From Stegostoma tigrinum (Eukaryota): a stretch of 64,000 nt of DNA. The stretch's first letter is position 1. Every line of letters starts with the position of its first letter. Location of the stretch: assembly GCF_030684315.1 (NCBI RefSeq), contig NC_081385.1, positions 19,993,247 to 20,057,246 of the forward strand, in the 5' to 3' direction. Shown in pieces: positions 1 through 13,184 of this stretch. The notes below the pieces were generated by a model, which worked only from the letters and a program-made list of their open reading frames with translations, was not told the origin of the DNA and did not search any database. The position numbers and the translations under genes were made by a program.

Positions 1-210
1 GTCTCTCTTGCTATTTTATCCTCAAGTTTATTGGCACCATCAAAATTTACAGATGAAATGAAATTTTATTTACGCTTTGTTTGACAGCATTCTGTAGATT
101 TTAACTTGTAATCTTTGTAGTTAATAATGTCTACTGCCAGTTTAATGTCTGTCAGGAGTTCTACTGTGGTCTGCTGGGCCAGATGGGGGAATACAACTAA
201 TTTAATAACT

Positions 211-410
211 TCACCAAAGAGGCTCCATCCCTGCCCCTTTGACTTGTCTGTCTCCTGTCTCCACCTATCTTCTCCTCTATCCATCTTCTATCCACCTCCC
301 CCTCTCTCTCTGTTTATTTCAGAATCCCCTTACCCTTCCCCATTTCCGAAGAAGGGTCTAGGCCTAAAACATCAGCTTTCCTTCTCCTGATGCTACTTGG
401 CCTGCTGTGT
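211..410 (+). mobile_element. Penelope-like element (PLE) terminal fragment
   Basis: Pyrimidine-rich stretch ending in 'gaagaagggtctaggcctaaaacatcagctttcc...gatgctacttggcctgctgtgt', the same motif as the PLE-type ends at 21333, 39107, 39466 and 46934. Confidence 0.6.
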
Positions 411-488
411 CTGGGTGGGATGCTCCAAGGGGCAGTGTGGACTTGTTGGGCCAAAGGGCCTGTTTCCAAACTGTAGGGAATCTAATCT
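410..488 (+). mobile_element. 3' fragment of HE1-like SINE
   Basis: 'gtgtggacttgttgggccaaagggcctgtttcc..actgtagggaatct' matches the 3' ends of the SINEs at 2351, 28902, 31784 and 44297. Confidence 0.6.
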
Positions 489-720
489 ATAAAAGGTAAG
501 CATACTAAATGCCTTCTTCACTGTCATGACTACCTGCATTCTAAGTTCTCTCTCATTCCTTACCAGCAAAAATAGGACCTTGGAGTAACTAGAACTTCAG
601 AAAAATATGACCCAATTTTTTTTCAAGCTCATTTTCATAAGGTTACCTCCCTTTTGGATTTGAATGTAGTTGAAACTTTTCACTGTCTTCCTCTCAGTTG
701 GTGCTTCTGTTCATTGAAAG

Positions 721-874
721 ATGGCACACAATTTTACTGATGCTGATTGTTACGAAAAAAATTTTAATTCACGGATGTATTTGGAAACATATTTTATCTC
801 TCTATCTGGTCATGTACAGGATGAGAACTATATATCTTTTGTTCTGCAGAATTTGGTAAAAACTTTTTCAAATG
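721..874 (+). CDS. NNMT: NNMT/INMT-family methyltransferase paralogue A, coding exon 1 (MAHNFTDADCYEKNFNSRMYLETYFISLSGHVQDENYISFVLQNLVKTFSN-G)
   Basis: ATG at 721; 154-nt exon ending G|gtgagt (phase 1). F-T..Y...F..R.YLE.Y pattern as in the NNMT N-terminus; collinear with paralogue B exon 1. Symbol is family-level. Confidence 0.9.
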
Positions 875-2350
875 GTGAGTAAAATCTTTGGTGCTAATTC
901 ATCAGCCGGTAGCTCGCTAAGCAAAGTATAATGTGTTAATTTGTGAGCGCTCAGTGAAAATGTTAGTAGGCAATTGCTCACCTTGTTATTCCTTACTATT
1001 TGTAGCTGATATATGAAAGGTTCTTAAGAGTACAAGCTATTGGACTTTGAATGATGTTCTGGATTCCACAGCAAAATTAGCCCTAGCCTGTTGAATCTGT
1101 TCAGTATGTTCTGAATGAATCTAAATTGTCTTCCCCTAATTCCCTAGTTACAAGCCTCATGCACATGATTACTAAAGCAGTAAAACAGATAACCACCTCT
1201 GATCTACACTGCAGCAACATTATGAGACAGGGTATAGCCATATTCTCATCATTATCTATGGAATGTTTGCAAACAAATTCATCAAATGCAATAGTTACAG
1301 ACTTAACAGGCTTCGGGATTCAGGATAAATTAATAATAATGGGAAGGTCAAAATGGAACTAACCGGGAGGGAAAGAAAGACTTGTTCTCATTGAAATATT
1401 TCCATTCGTATGCTGTTGCATACGTTCAAGTGTTGTTTAGATTTTCTAATAGAATAGTTAGGTTATTCTAAACTTGTGTAAGTCACAAATTTAACTCCAA
1501 ATTGAGTATTGTGTACAGTTCTATGTAACACACTGTAAGAAAGGTGCGAATGAATTGGACAGCATGCAGAAAAAGTTGACAAGAATGGTTAGAGGGGTGA
1601 GAAATTTCACTTCTAAAGGTAGATTGTAGAAGCTTGGGGCCTTCCTCCTTAAAGAGGAGAAAGTGTAGTGTTGGACTTAATAATGATATCTTCAAACCAG
1701 ACCATTCAGGGTTAGTCATTAAAGATTCATTGCTCATAGCTATTGAAGTAGACAAATACACAAAAATAGGTCTAGTGTAAAAAACATTTCTGTTTTGACT
1801 GGGGCTGGGGGTGGGAAACTATACAACTTTGATTGTCTTTGGAACCATTCTTGTATGTAGTTAAAAAGAGCTTCCAGAAAATCATTTCAACTTGTTTTCT
1901 GCACAGTTGAAGTTTTGGAAAACTACTGGAATTATTGAAAAATGGGCATTCACCACATAACCTTAGATGCAGAATAGTACTGATATCAGGGACTTTACTC
2001 CACTCATCATACTTTTCTCCATCGAGCTGAGGTTTACGAGATCGGTGCTATGGAATCTGAAAGCTCCGTGTGCCACCGTCACCAAAGTTTGCAATGGATA
2101 GAAGGCAGTAATATACATATATATAAAACGTAAGTAGTTTAAGCTGATAGATTCACTTATTAGTTTGCATTTGTCTCTATTAAAGTGCATGTGTCTTCTT
2201 GTATTAATTTTGATCAGGCCTTAAAGATCCCTTGAGGTACTTTCAGCCTAACAATGCAGAAAGCTAATAGTAGATTTGGTAGAACTTTGCAAAATCATGA
2301 GGGGTCTGGACAAAGTTGATTGGGAGAAACCCTTCCCTCTCATGAAAGGG

Positions 2351-2651
2351 GTGGCTCAGTGGCGTAGCAGTTAGCACTGTTGCCTTACTGCACCAGGGAC
2401 CTTGGGTGACTTTCTGTGTGGAGTTTGCATGTCCTCCCAGTGTCTGTGTGGGTTTCCTCTGGGTGTTGGTTCCCCCCCACAGTCAAAAGATGTGCACGTG
2501 AGGTGGAGTTTCCTCGTTAAATTGCCTGTAGTGTCCAGGGTGTTTAGGTTAGGTGGATTAGACGCAGGAAATGCAGGGGTAGGGGAATGGGTCTGGGTGG
2601 TGTGGACTTTTTGGGCTGAATGGCCTGTTTCCATATTGTAGGGATTCTATG
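2351..2651 (+). mobile_element. tRNA-derived HE1-like SINE inside a decayed CR1 3' fragment (~2280-2930)
   Basis: A-box head 'gtggctcagt...ttagcactgttgcc', core 'tgtgtggagtttgcatgtcctcccagtgtctgtgtgggtttcc', CR1-like tail 'ggcctgtttccatattgtagggattctatg'. Confidence 0.8.
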
Positions 2652-3658
2652 AGAATAAAAGATTTAAATGTGATTTCCAAAAAATATGATGTTTGAAGAA
2701 ATGTTTTCACGCAATGATTGTTGGGAGTCTGGACTACACAGCCTGGAATTGTGGTGGAAGCATGTTCGATCAGGACATTTAAGAGGGTATGAGATGACTA
2801 TGTGAATTGAAACAATGTGCAGCAGCACAGGCTAAAGGCAAGAGAACATCATTAAGCCATGATCCTTATTTGGAGAAGCAGTGCAATGGACCAAATTATC
2901 ACCTTCTGCAGCAAAATGATTCTCTGATCCTATAATGGTCAGAAATGCTGATTTTAGTTACTATTTGTTAATCATGCCTTGGGTGTGGTTAAATGACGTT
3001 GTGATTTTCAAAAACCATGGCATAATTCAAATCAGGATATCGTGTGACTTGGAGAAGAGCTTATAGGAATTAGGTTGTGCTACCATGCTTCTGTTGCTTT
3101 CAGGCGGCACAGATTAAAGGTGCTTTTGAAGGAACTTCTTAAATTCTGTGTCTTTTCTCATGCGACTTTGCAGCCCTTGCAATATTTTTGTTATGCCTTA
3201 TGGTTTTATTTTAACATTCTTATTCACCAGCATATGTGTCTTTATAATTTATTTTTGTACATTTTTTCTTTCAGATTTTATATTGTCTCTAATTTCGTTA
3301 GTCATCAAAGTACTTATTTTGGTTGACAGGATACTTCCTTGGGGGTATAATCTGGATCAATTTATGAATTTTTTTTTGAATGCCTGTTGCTGAATTTCTG
3401 TCAGTTAACCCTATACCAAGGTTGCCCAACATACTGTGGGTAGTCTCTGTTTAATTACATTCAGGTCAACATTTCCTAAACTTTAAATCATAGTAACTGC
3501 TTTGTGTTTCTATCTTTCTAATACAATATCGAAGTTTATTATATTTAGAATTTTTAATACATATTCATGCACCTGTATATTGTGAACTAAATCTACGTGA
3601 TAAGTCAGTACTAATATATATATATATATATCTAATAGGGCATACCATCTTGCTAATT

Positions 3659-4648
3659 AGAACATAGAACATAGAACAGTACAGCACAGAACAGGCCCTT
3701 CAGCCCACAATGTTGTGCCGACCATTGATCCTCATGGATGCACCCTCAAATTTCTGTGACCATATGCATGTCCAGCAGTCTCTTAAATGACCCCAATGAC
3801 CTTGCTTCCACAACTGCTGCTGGCAACGCATTCCATGCTCTCACAACTCTCTGCGTAAAGAACCTGCCTCTGACATCCCCTCTATACTTTCCACCAATCA
3901 GCTTAAAACTATGACCCCTCGTGCTAGCCATTTCTGCCCTGGGAAATAGTCTCTGGCTATCGACTCTATCTATGCCTCTCATTATCTTGTATACCTCAAT
4001 TAGGTCCCCTCTCCTCCTCCTTTTCTCCAATGAAAAGAGACCGAGCTCAGTCAACCTCTCTTCATAAGATAAGCCCTCCAGTCCAGGCAGCATCCTGGTA
4101 AACCTCCTCTGAACCCTCTCCAAAGCATCCACATCTTTCCTATAATAGGGCGCCCAGAACTGGACGCAGTATTCCAAGTGCGGTCTAACCAAAGTTTTAT
4201 AGAGCTGCAACAAGATCTCACGACTCTTAAACTCAATCCCCCTGTTAATGAAAGCCAAAACACCATATGCTTTCTTAACAACCCTGTCCACTTGGGTGGC
4301 CATTTTAAGGGATCTATGTATCTGCACACCAAGATCCCTCTGTTCCTCCACGCTGCCAAGAATCCTATCCTTAATCCTGTACTCAGCTTTCAAATTCGAC
4401 CTTCCAAAATGCATCACCTCGCATTTATCCAGGTTGAACTCCATCTGCCACCTCTCAGCCCATCTCTGCATCCTGTCAATGTCCCGCTGCAGCCTACAAC
4501 AGCCCTCTACACTGTCAACGACACCTCCGACCTTTGTGTCGTCTGCAAACTTGCTGACCCATCCTTCAATTCCCTCGTCCAAGTCATTAATAAAAATTAC
4601 AAACAGTAGAGGCCCAAGGACAGAGCCCTGTGGAACCCCACTCACCAC
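3659..4648 (-). mobile_element. 5'-truncated young CR1 LINE, copy 1 (C-terminal RT part of ORF2, open frame 3746-4648)
   Basis: SGVPQGSVLGPLLF, KFADDTK, LYKTLVRPHLEYC and FFTQRVV..WNALP motifs; (ATGTTCT)n 3' tail at 3659-3678. Confidence 0.95.
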
Positions 4649-5582
4649 TCTAACAGTAATAGTCATAGTTTCTTACTATACATCCTGTCCATTATTAAAA
4701 CCAAGTACATTCACATCCGTAACACAGGAAACTTTGAACTTGCCTTAACTTCGGTGCTGCTGAAACTTTCCAATACCAATTCTTTCTAAGACAGACAAAG
4801 CAAATGCTGGTATTCATGTCAATTTGTTATTAATTGGGCCACAGTGACTATCCCCAATTTATTACTATTCAGGATGGGTTACACCAAAATGGTTATGCTC
4901 CCAGGTGAAGAGGAATGGATTGGCTGCCCTTCTTAATTCAACACTCTTGCTTGGCCCCAACAAATTTAATTTGAAAAGTATCCCTTGCCTCACAATGCCT
5001 TTTCCTAACCCAATTAGATTTTTCTTTTAAATAGAACCAAATTAACCAGGATCTCTTGAATTAAAGGAAAAAGGATGAATTTGTTGGCTGTGAAACATGA
5101 GAAATGTTAATTAAATGCAACACACATACCATGTAAATTAAGTAGAGGCAACAGTTGAAAAGAAATGCAAAGTGTAAACTCTTGCTCCCACATTGTATGC
5201 TCACATTGAGTTTATATTAATGGACAGTAAGCTATTTATCTATGAAAAATTAAAATAAAAGCAGAGACGGAGCAATTAGATTGTATAGGGACAGTAACTG
5301 AAAGCTGAGGGCGATGTTCCCTCTCGGGTGTGTGACTGCGTGTTGTGTGCATTGTGTTCCACACACAATTATGGGAGTGATGTCACCATGTTCCACAAGC
5401 TGCTACCATGGCAGTCCACACAGAAGAACAAAGAATGAGAAAGAACACTGGTTCGGAGACTGGCAATGTGATTAATTGAACACACAAGAAACATTTGATT
5501 CAACTTATGAATCCTTTCAATCTTAGCGGATTTGCATTACTCCTTCCCTCTGATTGGTTATCTGGCATTTGAATTTTCCTAG

Positions 5583-5787
5583 GTCCAAAACTGCAGACCC
5601 TGCTTGAAATTGGATGTGGTCCCACTCTTCACTGTGCTCTCTGTGCCACAGAATATGTGGAGGAAATTGTTTTGTCTGATTTTGCTTCGAGCAACCGTAA
5701 GGAGATTGAGCTGTGGATACAAAATGACCCAGGAGATTTCGACTGGAGCCTAATTGCAAAACGTGTGTGTGAACTGGAAGGCAACAG
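5583..5787 (+). CDS. NNMT: Methyltransferase A exon 2, copy 1 (PKLQTLLEIGCGPTLHCALCATEYVEEIVLSDFASSNRKEIELWIQNDPGDFDWSLIAKRVCELEGN-R)
   Basis: ttttcctag| acceptor and AG|gtaatt donor; 205 nt, phase 1 to 2. SAM-binding motif I (LLEIGCGP), FDWS and CELEGNR typical of NNMT/INMT/PNMT. Confidence 0.9.
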
Positions 5788-7020
5788 GTAATTATTAAGT
5801 AGCCCTGATTTCTTTTTTAACCAAACTTGCCTCTTTAACAACTAACCCCACTCCCACAGCTACCTTCATATCCCCACCCCATCTTACTATGTGTCATTCC
5901 CATAACAACTCGTCACTCGGTTGATATCCAGTGAAAGACCAGCACTCCTGTAGCTGCATCCCTTTAATCCAATGCCACACTTTTTCCAAAATTCACTATG
6001 GACTCACGGTTTTTCCTAGTGCAGGAGGCAAATATCACATGCAGGCAAACAATTGGACCAATCCATATATAAGCCTTTATTTACAGACAGCAAACATGAA
6101 CCCAAACAAAAGCAACTTAAACTGATATTCTCTCCACAATTAAAAGAGAGATCATAAGCAACGAATATTTTACAGTCTACAATTGTCTGCTGTACTCAGC
6201 TCTCAACCATTGGATGCAGGTGCAATGAGATTCAGTATGGCTCGTAACACCCTTAACATGGACAAAGACAGCTTCCTCCTCCTCCTCACAAGACTGCTCC
6301 CACTCACCCAGTTCCTCAGCTTTGAGCACATTGCCTTGTTGCCTGCTGTAAGTACAACACAGCAGGATGGTGCAGCGTCCTCCATTCAGACTATACTGGA
6401 CAGCCCCTCCCCACAGGAGCAGAACCATATCTTCAACAGAGCATCCAAGTTCAGCGGGCAATACAGAAGGCAAATGGAATGCTGGCCTTTATTTCAAAGG
6501 AAATGGAGCATAGAATTAGCATAGTTTCTTGCTGAAACTATATAAGGCAGTAGTCAGCCTTATGGTTTTATTTTAACATTCTTATTCACCAGCATATGTG
6601 TCTTTATAATTTATTTTTGTACATTTTTTCTTTCAGATTTTATATTGTCTCTAATTTCGTTAGTCATCAAAGTACTTATTTTGGTTGACAGGATACTTCC
6701 TTGGGGGTATAATCTGGATCAATTTATGAATTTTTTTTTGAATGCCTGTTGCTGAATTTCTGTCAGTTAACCCTATACCAAGGTTGCCCAACATACTGTG
6801 GGTAGTCTCTGTTTAATTACATTCAGGTCAACATTTCCTAAACTTTAAATCATAGTAACTGCTTTGTGTTTCTATCTTTCTAATACAATATCGAAGTTTA
6901 TTATATTTAGAATTTTTAATACATATTCATGCACCTGTATATTGTGAACTAAATCTACGTGATAAGTCAGTACTAATATATATATATATATATCTAATAG
7001 GGCATACCATCTTGCTAATT

Positions 7021-8010
7021 AGAACATAGAACATAGAACAGTACAGCACAGAACAGGCCCTTCAGCCCACAATGTTGTGCCGACCATTGATCCTCATGGA
7101 TGCACCCTCAAATTTCTGTGACCATATGCATGTCCAGCAGTCTCTTAAATGACCCCAATGACCTTGCTTCCACAACTGCTGCTGGCAACGCATTCCATGC
7201 TCTCACAACTCTCTGCGTAAAGAACCTGCCTCTGACATCCCCTCTAGACTTTCCACCAATCAGCTTAAAACTATGACCCCTCGTGCTAGCCATTTCTGCC
7301 CTGGGAAATAGTCTCTGGCTATCGACTCTATCTATGCCTCTCATTATCTTGTATACCTCAATTAGGTCCCCTCTCCTCCTCCTTTTCTCCAATGAAAAGA
7401 GACCGAGCTCAGTCAACCTCTCTTCATAAGATAAGCCCTCCAGTCCAGGCAGCATCCTGGTAAACCTCCTCTGAACCCTCTCCAAAGCATCCACATCTTT
7501 CCTATAATAGGGCGCCCAGAACTGGACGCAGTATTCCAAGTGCGGTCTAACCAAAGTTTTATAGAGCTGCAACAAGATCTCACGACTCTTAAACTCAATC
7601 CCCCTGTTAATGAAAGCCAAAACACCATATGCTTTCTTAACAACCCTGTCCACTTGGGTGGCCATTTTAAGGGATCTATGTATCTGCACACCAAGATCCC
7701 TCTGTTCCTCCACGCTGCCAAGAATCCTATCCTTAATCCTGTACTCAGCTTTCAAATTCGACCTTCCAAAATGCATCACCTCGCATTTATCCAGGTTGAA
7801 CTCCATCTGCCACCTCTCAGCCCATCTCTGCATCCTGTCAATGTCCCGCTGCAGCCTACAACAGCCCTCTACACTGTCAACGACACCTCCGACCTTTGTG
7901 TCGTCTGCAAACTTGCTGACCCATCCTTCAATTCCCTCGTCCAAGTCATTAATAAAAATTACAAACAGTAGAGGCCCAAGGACAGAGCCCTGTGGAACCC
8001 CACTCACCAC
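7021..8010 (-). mobile_element. 5'-truncated CR1 LINE, copy 2
   Basis: Identical to copy 1 except G7247 (Tyr to Ser in ORF 7108-8028). Confidence 0.95.
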
Positions 8011-8944
8011 TCTAACAGTAATAGTCATAGTTTCTTACTATACATCCTGTCCATTATTAAAACCAAGTACATTCACATCCGTAACACAGGAAACTTTGAA
8101 CTTGCCTTAACTTCGGTGCTGCTGAAACTTTCCAATACCAATTCTTTCTAAGACAGACAAAGCAAATGCTGGTATTCATGTCAATTTGTTATTAATTGGG
8201 CCACAGTGACTATCCCCAATTTATTACTATTCAGGATGGGTTACACCAAAATGGTTATGCTCCCAGGTGAAGAGGAATGGATTGGCTGCCCTTCTTAATT
8301 CAACACTCTTGCTTGGCCCCAACAAATTTAATTTGAAAAGTATCCCTTGCCTCACAATGCCTTTTCCTAACCCAATTAGATTTTTCTTTTAAATAGAACC
8401 AAATTAACCAGGATCTCTTGAATTAAAGGAAAAAGGATGAATTTGTTGGCTGTGAAACATGAGAAATGTTAATTAAATGCAACACACATACCATGTAAAT
8501 TAAGTAGAGGCAACAGTTGAAAAGAAATGCAAAGTGTAAACTCTTGCTCCCACATTGTATGCTCACATTGAGTTTATATTAATGGACAGTAAGCTATTTA
8601 TCTATGAAAAATTAAAATAAAAGCAGAGACGGAGCAATTAGATTGTATAGGGACAGTAACTGAAAGCTGAGGGCGATGTTCCCTCTCGGGTGTGTGACTG
8701 CGTGTTGTGTGCATTGTGTTCCACACACAATTATGGGAGTGATGTCACCATGTTCCACAAGCTGCTACCATGGCAGTCCACACAGAAGAACAAAGAATGA
8801 GAAAGAACACTGGTTCGGAGACTGGCAATGTGATTAATTGAACACACAAGAAACATTTGATTCAACTTATGAATCCTTTCAATCTTAGCGGATTTGCATT
8901 ACTCCTTCCCTCTGATTGGTTATCTGGCATTTGAATTTTCCTAG

Positions 8945-9149
8945 GTCCAAAACTGCAGACCCTGCTTGAAATTGGATGTGGTCCCACTCTTCACTGTGCT
9001 CTCTGTGCCACAGAATATGTGGAGGAAATTGTTTTGTCTGATTTTGCTTCGAGCAACCGTAAGGAGATTGAGCTGTGGATACAAAATGACCCAGGAGATT
9101 TCGACTGGAGCCTAATTGCAAAACGTGTGTGTGAACTGGAAGGCAACAG
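8945..9149 (+). CDS. NNMT: Methyltransferase A exon 2, copy 2
   Basis: Identical to 5583-5787 including splice sites; which copy is spliced cannot be told from sequence. Confidence 0.8.
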
Positions 9150-10382
9150 GTAATTATTAAGTAGCCCTGATTTCTTTTTTAACCAAACTTGCCTCTTTAA
9201 CAACTAACCCCACTCCCACAGCTACCTTCATATCCCCACCCCATCTTACTATGTGTCATTCCCATAACAACTCGTCACTCGGTTGATATCCAGTGAAAGA
9301 CCAGCACTCCTGTAGCTGCATCCCTTTAATCCAATGCCACACTTTTTCCAAAATTCACTATGGACTCACGGTCTTTCCTAGTGCAGGAGGCAAATATCAC
9401 ATGCAGGCAAACAATTGGACCAATCCATATATAAGCCTTTATTTACAGACAGCAAACATGAACCCAAACAAAAGCAACTTAAACTGATATTCTCTCCACA
9501 ATTAAAAGAGAGATCATAAGCAACGAATATTTTACAGTCTACAATTGTCTGCTGTACTCAGCTCTCAACCATTGGATGCAGGTGCAATGAGATTCAGTAT
9601 GGCTCGTAACACCCTTAACATGGACAAAGACAGCTTCCTCCTCCTCCTCACAAGACTGCTCCCACTCACCCAGTTCCTCAGCTTTGAGCACATTGCCTTG
9701 TTGCCTGCTGTAAGTACAACACAGCAGGATGGTGCAGCGTCCTCCATTCAGACTATACTGGACAGCCCCTCCCCACAGGAGCAGAACCATATCTTCAACA
9801 GAGCATCCAAGTTCAGCGGGCAATACAGAAGGCAAATGGAATGCTGGCCTTTATTTCAAAGGAAATGGAGCATAGAATTAGCATAGTTTCTTGCTGAAAC
9901 TATATAAGGCAGTAGTCAGCCTTATGGTTTTATTTTAACATTCTTATTCACCAGCATATGTGTCTTTATAATTTATTTTTGTACATTTTTTCTTTCAGAT
10001 TTTATATTGTCTCTAATTTCGTTAGTCATCAAAGTACTTATTTTGGTTGACAGGATACTTCCTTGGGGGTATAATCTGGATCAATTTATGAATTTTTTTT
10101 TGAATGCCTGTTGCTGAATTTCTGTCAGTTAACCCTATACCAAGGTTGCCCAACATACTGTGGGTAGTCTCTGTTTAATTACATTCAGGTCAACATTTCC
10201 TAAACTTTAAATCATAGTAACTGCTTTGTGTTTCTATCTTTCTAATACAATATCGAAGTTTATTATATTTAGAATTTTTAATACATATTCATGCACCTGT
10301 ATATTGTGAACTAAATCTACGTGATAAGTCAGTACTAATATATATATATATATATCTAATAGGGCATACCATCTTGCTAATT

Positions 10383-11372
10383 AGAACATAGAACATAGAA
10401 CAGTACAGCACAGAACAGGCCCTTCAGCCCACAATGTTGTGCCGACCATTGATCCTCATGGATGCACCCTCAAATTTCTGTGACCATATGCATGTCCAGC
10501 AGTCTCTTAAATGACCCCAATGACCTTGCTTCCACAACTGCTGCTGGCAACGCATTCCATGCTCTCACAACTCTCTGCGTAAAGAACCTGCCTCTGACAT
10601 CCCCTCTATACTTTCCACCAATCAGCTTAAAACTATGACCCCTCGTGCTAGCCATTTCTGCCCTGGGAAATAGTCTCTGGCTATCGACTCTATCTATGCC
10701 TCTCATTATCTTGTATACCTCAATTAGGTCCCCTCTCCTCCTCCTTTTCTCCAATGAAAAGAGACCGAGCTCAGTCAACCTCTCTTCATAAGATAAGCCC
10801 TCCAGTCCAGGCAGCATCCTGGTAAACCTCCTCTGAACCCTCTCCAAAGCATCCACATCTTTCCTATAATAGGGCGCCCAGAACTGGACGCAGTATTCCA
10901 AGTGCGGTCTAACCAAAGTTTTATAGAGCTGCAACAAGATCTCACGACTCTTAAACTCAATCCCCCTGTTAATGAAAGCCAAAACACCATATGCTTTCTT
11001 AACAACCCTGTCCACTTGGGTGGCCATTTTAAGGGATCTATGTATCTGCACACCAAGATCCCTCTGTTCCTCCACGCTGCCAAGAATCCTATCCTTAATC
11101 CTGTACTCAGCTTTCAAATTCGACCTTCCAAAATGCATCACCTCGCATTTATCCAGGTTGAACTCCATCTGCCACCTCTCAGCCCATCTCTGCATCCTGT
11201 CAATGTCCCGCTGCAGCCTACAACAGCCCTCTACACTGTCAACGACACCTCCGACCTTTGTGTCGTCTGCAAACTTGCTGACCCATCCTTCAATTCCCTC
11301 GTCCAAGTCATTAATAAAAATTACAAACAGTAGAGGCCCAAGGACAGAGCCCTGTGGAACCCCACTCACCAC
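10383..11372 (-). mobile_element. 5'-truncated CR1 LINE, copy 3
   Basis: ORF 10470-11390 identical to copy 1. Confidence 0.95.
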
Positions 11373-12306
11373 TCTAACAGTAATAGTCATAGTTTCTTAC
11401 TATACATCCTGTCCATTATTAAAACCAAGTACATTCACATCCGTAACACAGGAAACTTTGAACTTGCCTTAACTTCGGTGCTGCTGAAACTTTCCAATAC
11501 CAATTCTTTCTAAGACAGACAAAGCAAATGCTGGTATTCATGTCAATTTGTTATTAATTGGGCCACAGTGACTATCCCCAATTTATTACTATTCAGGATG
11601 GGTTACACCAAAATGGTTATGCTCCCAGGTGAAGAGGAATGGATTGGCTGCCCTTCTTAATTCAACACTCTTGCTTGGCCCCAACAAATTTAATTTGAAA
11701 AGTATCCCTTGCCTCACAATGCCTTTTCCTAACCCAATTAGATTTTTCTTTTAAATAGAACCAAATTAACCAGGATCTCTTGAATTAAAGGAAAAAGGAT
11801 GAATTTGTTGGCTGTGAAACATGAGAAATGTTAATTAAATGCAACACACATACCATGTAAATTAAGTAGAGGCAACAGTTGAAAAGAAATGCAAAGTGTA
11901 AACTCTTGCTCCCACATTGTATGCTCACATTGAGTTTATATTAATGGACAGTAAGCTATTTATCTATGAAAAATTAAAATAAAAGCAGAGACGGAGCAAT
12001 TAGATTGTATAGGGACAGTAACTGAAAGCTGAGGGCGATGTTCCCTCTCGGGTGTGTGACTGCGTGTTGTGTGCATTGTGTTCCACACACAATTATGGGA
12101 GTGATGTCACCATGTTCCACAAGCTGCTACCATGGCAGTCCACACAGAAGAACAAAGAATGAGAAAGAACACTGGTTCGGAGACTGGCAATGTGATTAAT
12201 TGAACACACAAGAAACATTTGATTCAACTTATGAATCCTTTCAATCTTAGCGGATTTGCATTACTCCTTCCCTCTGATTGGTTATCTGGCATTTGAATTT
12301 TCCTAG

Positions 12307-12511
12307 GTCCAAAACTGCAGACCCTGCTTGAAATTGGATGTGGTCCCACTCTTCACTGTGCTCTCTGTGCCACAGAATATGTGGAGGAAATTGTTTTGTC
12401 TGATTTTGCTTCGAGCAACCGTAAGGAGATTGAGCTGTGGATACAAAATGACCCAGGAGATTTCGACTGGAGCCTAATTGCAAAACGTGTGTGTGAACTG
12501 GAAGGCAACAG
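12307..12511 (+). CDS. NNMT: Methyltransferase A exon 2, copy 3
   Basis: Identical to 5583-5787 including splice sites. Confidence 0.8.
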
Positions 12512-13184
12512 GTAATTATTAAGTAGCCCTGATTTCTTTTTTAACCAAACTTGCCTCTTTAACAACTAACCCCACTCCCACAGCTACCTTCATATCCCCA
12601 CCCCATCTTACTATGTGTCATTCCCATAACAACTCGTCACTCGGTTGATATCCAGTGAAAGACCAGCACTCCTGTAGCTGCATCCCTTTAATCCAATGCC
12701 ACACTTTTTCCAAAATTCACTATGGACTCACGGTCTTTCCTAGTGCAGGAGGCAAATATCACATGCAGGCAAACAATTGGACCAATCCATATATAAGCCT
12801 TTATTTACAGACAGCAAACATGAACCCAAACAAAAGCAACTTAAACTGATATTCTCTCCACAATTAAAAGAGAGATCATAAGCAACGAATATTTTACAGT
12901 CTACAATTGTCTGCTGTACTCAGCTCTCAACCATTGGATGCAGGTGCAATGAGATTCAGTATGGCTCGTAACACCCTTAACATGGACAAAGACAGCTTCC
13001 TCCTCCTCCTCACAAGACTGCTCCCACTCACCCAGTTCCTCAGCTTTGAGCACATTGCCTTGTTGCCTGCTGTAAGTACAACACAGCAGGATGGTGCAGC
13101 GTCCTCCATTCAGACTATACTGGACAGCCCCTCCCCACAGGAGCAGAACCATATCTTCAACAGAGCATCCAAGTTCAGCGGGCA

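Noticed and set aside
2351-2420. tRNA gene (also at 28902, 31784, 44297, 56740)
   Set aside because: A/B-box heads continue into SINE bodies with no complete cloverleaf.
4051-4748. Overlapping 102-166 aa ORFs and their copies at +3362 and +6724
   Set aside because: Alternative-frame and antisense shadows of the CR1 ORF2.
6183-6524. 113-aa ORF repeated three times
   Set aside because: No recognisable domain, its end runs into a CR1 relic, and it repeats only because of the triplication.
5583-12511. Three separate methyltransferase genes
   Set aside because: The repeat unit contains exon 2 only; exons 1 and 3 are single.
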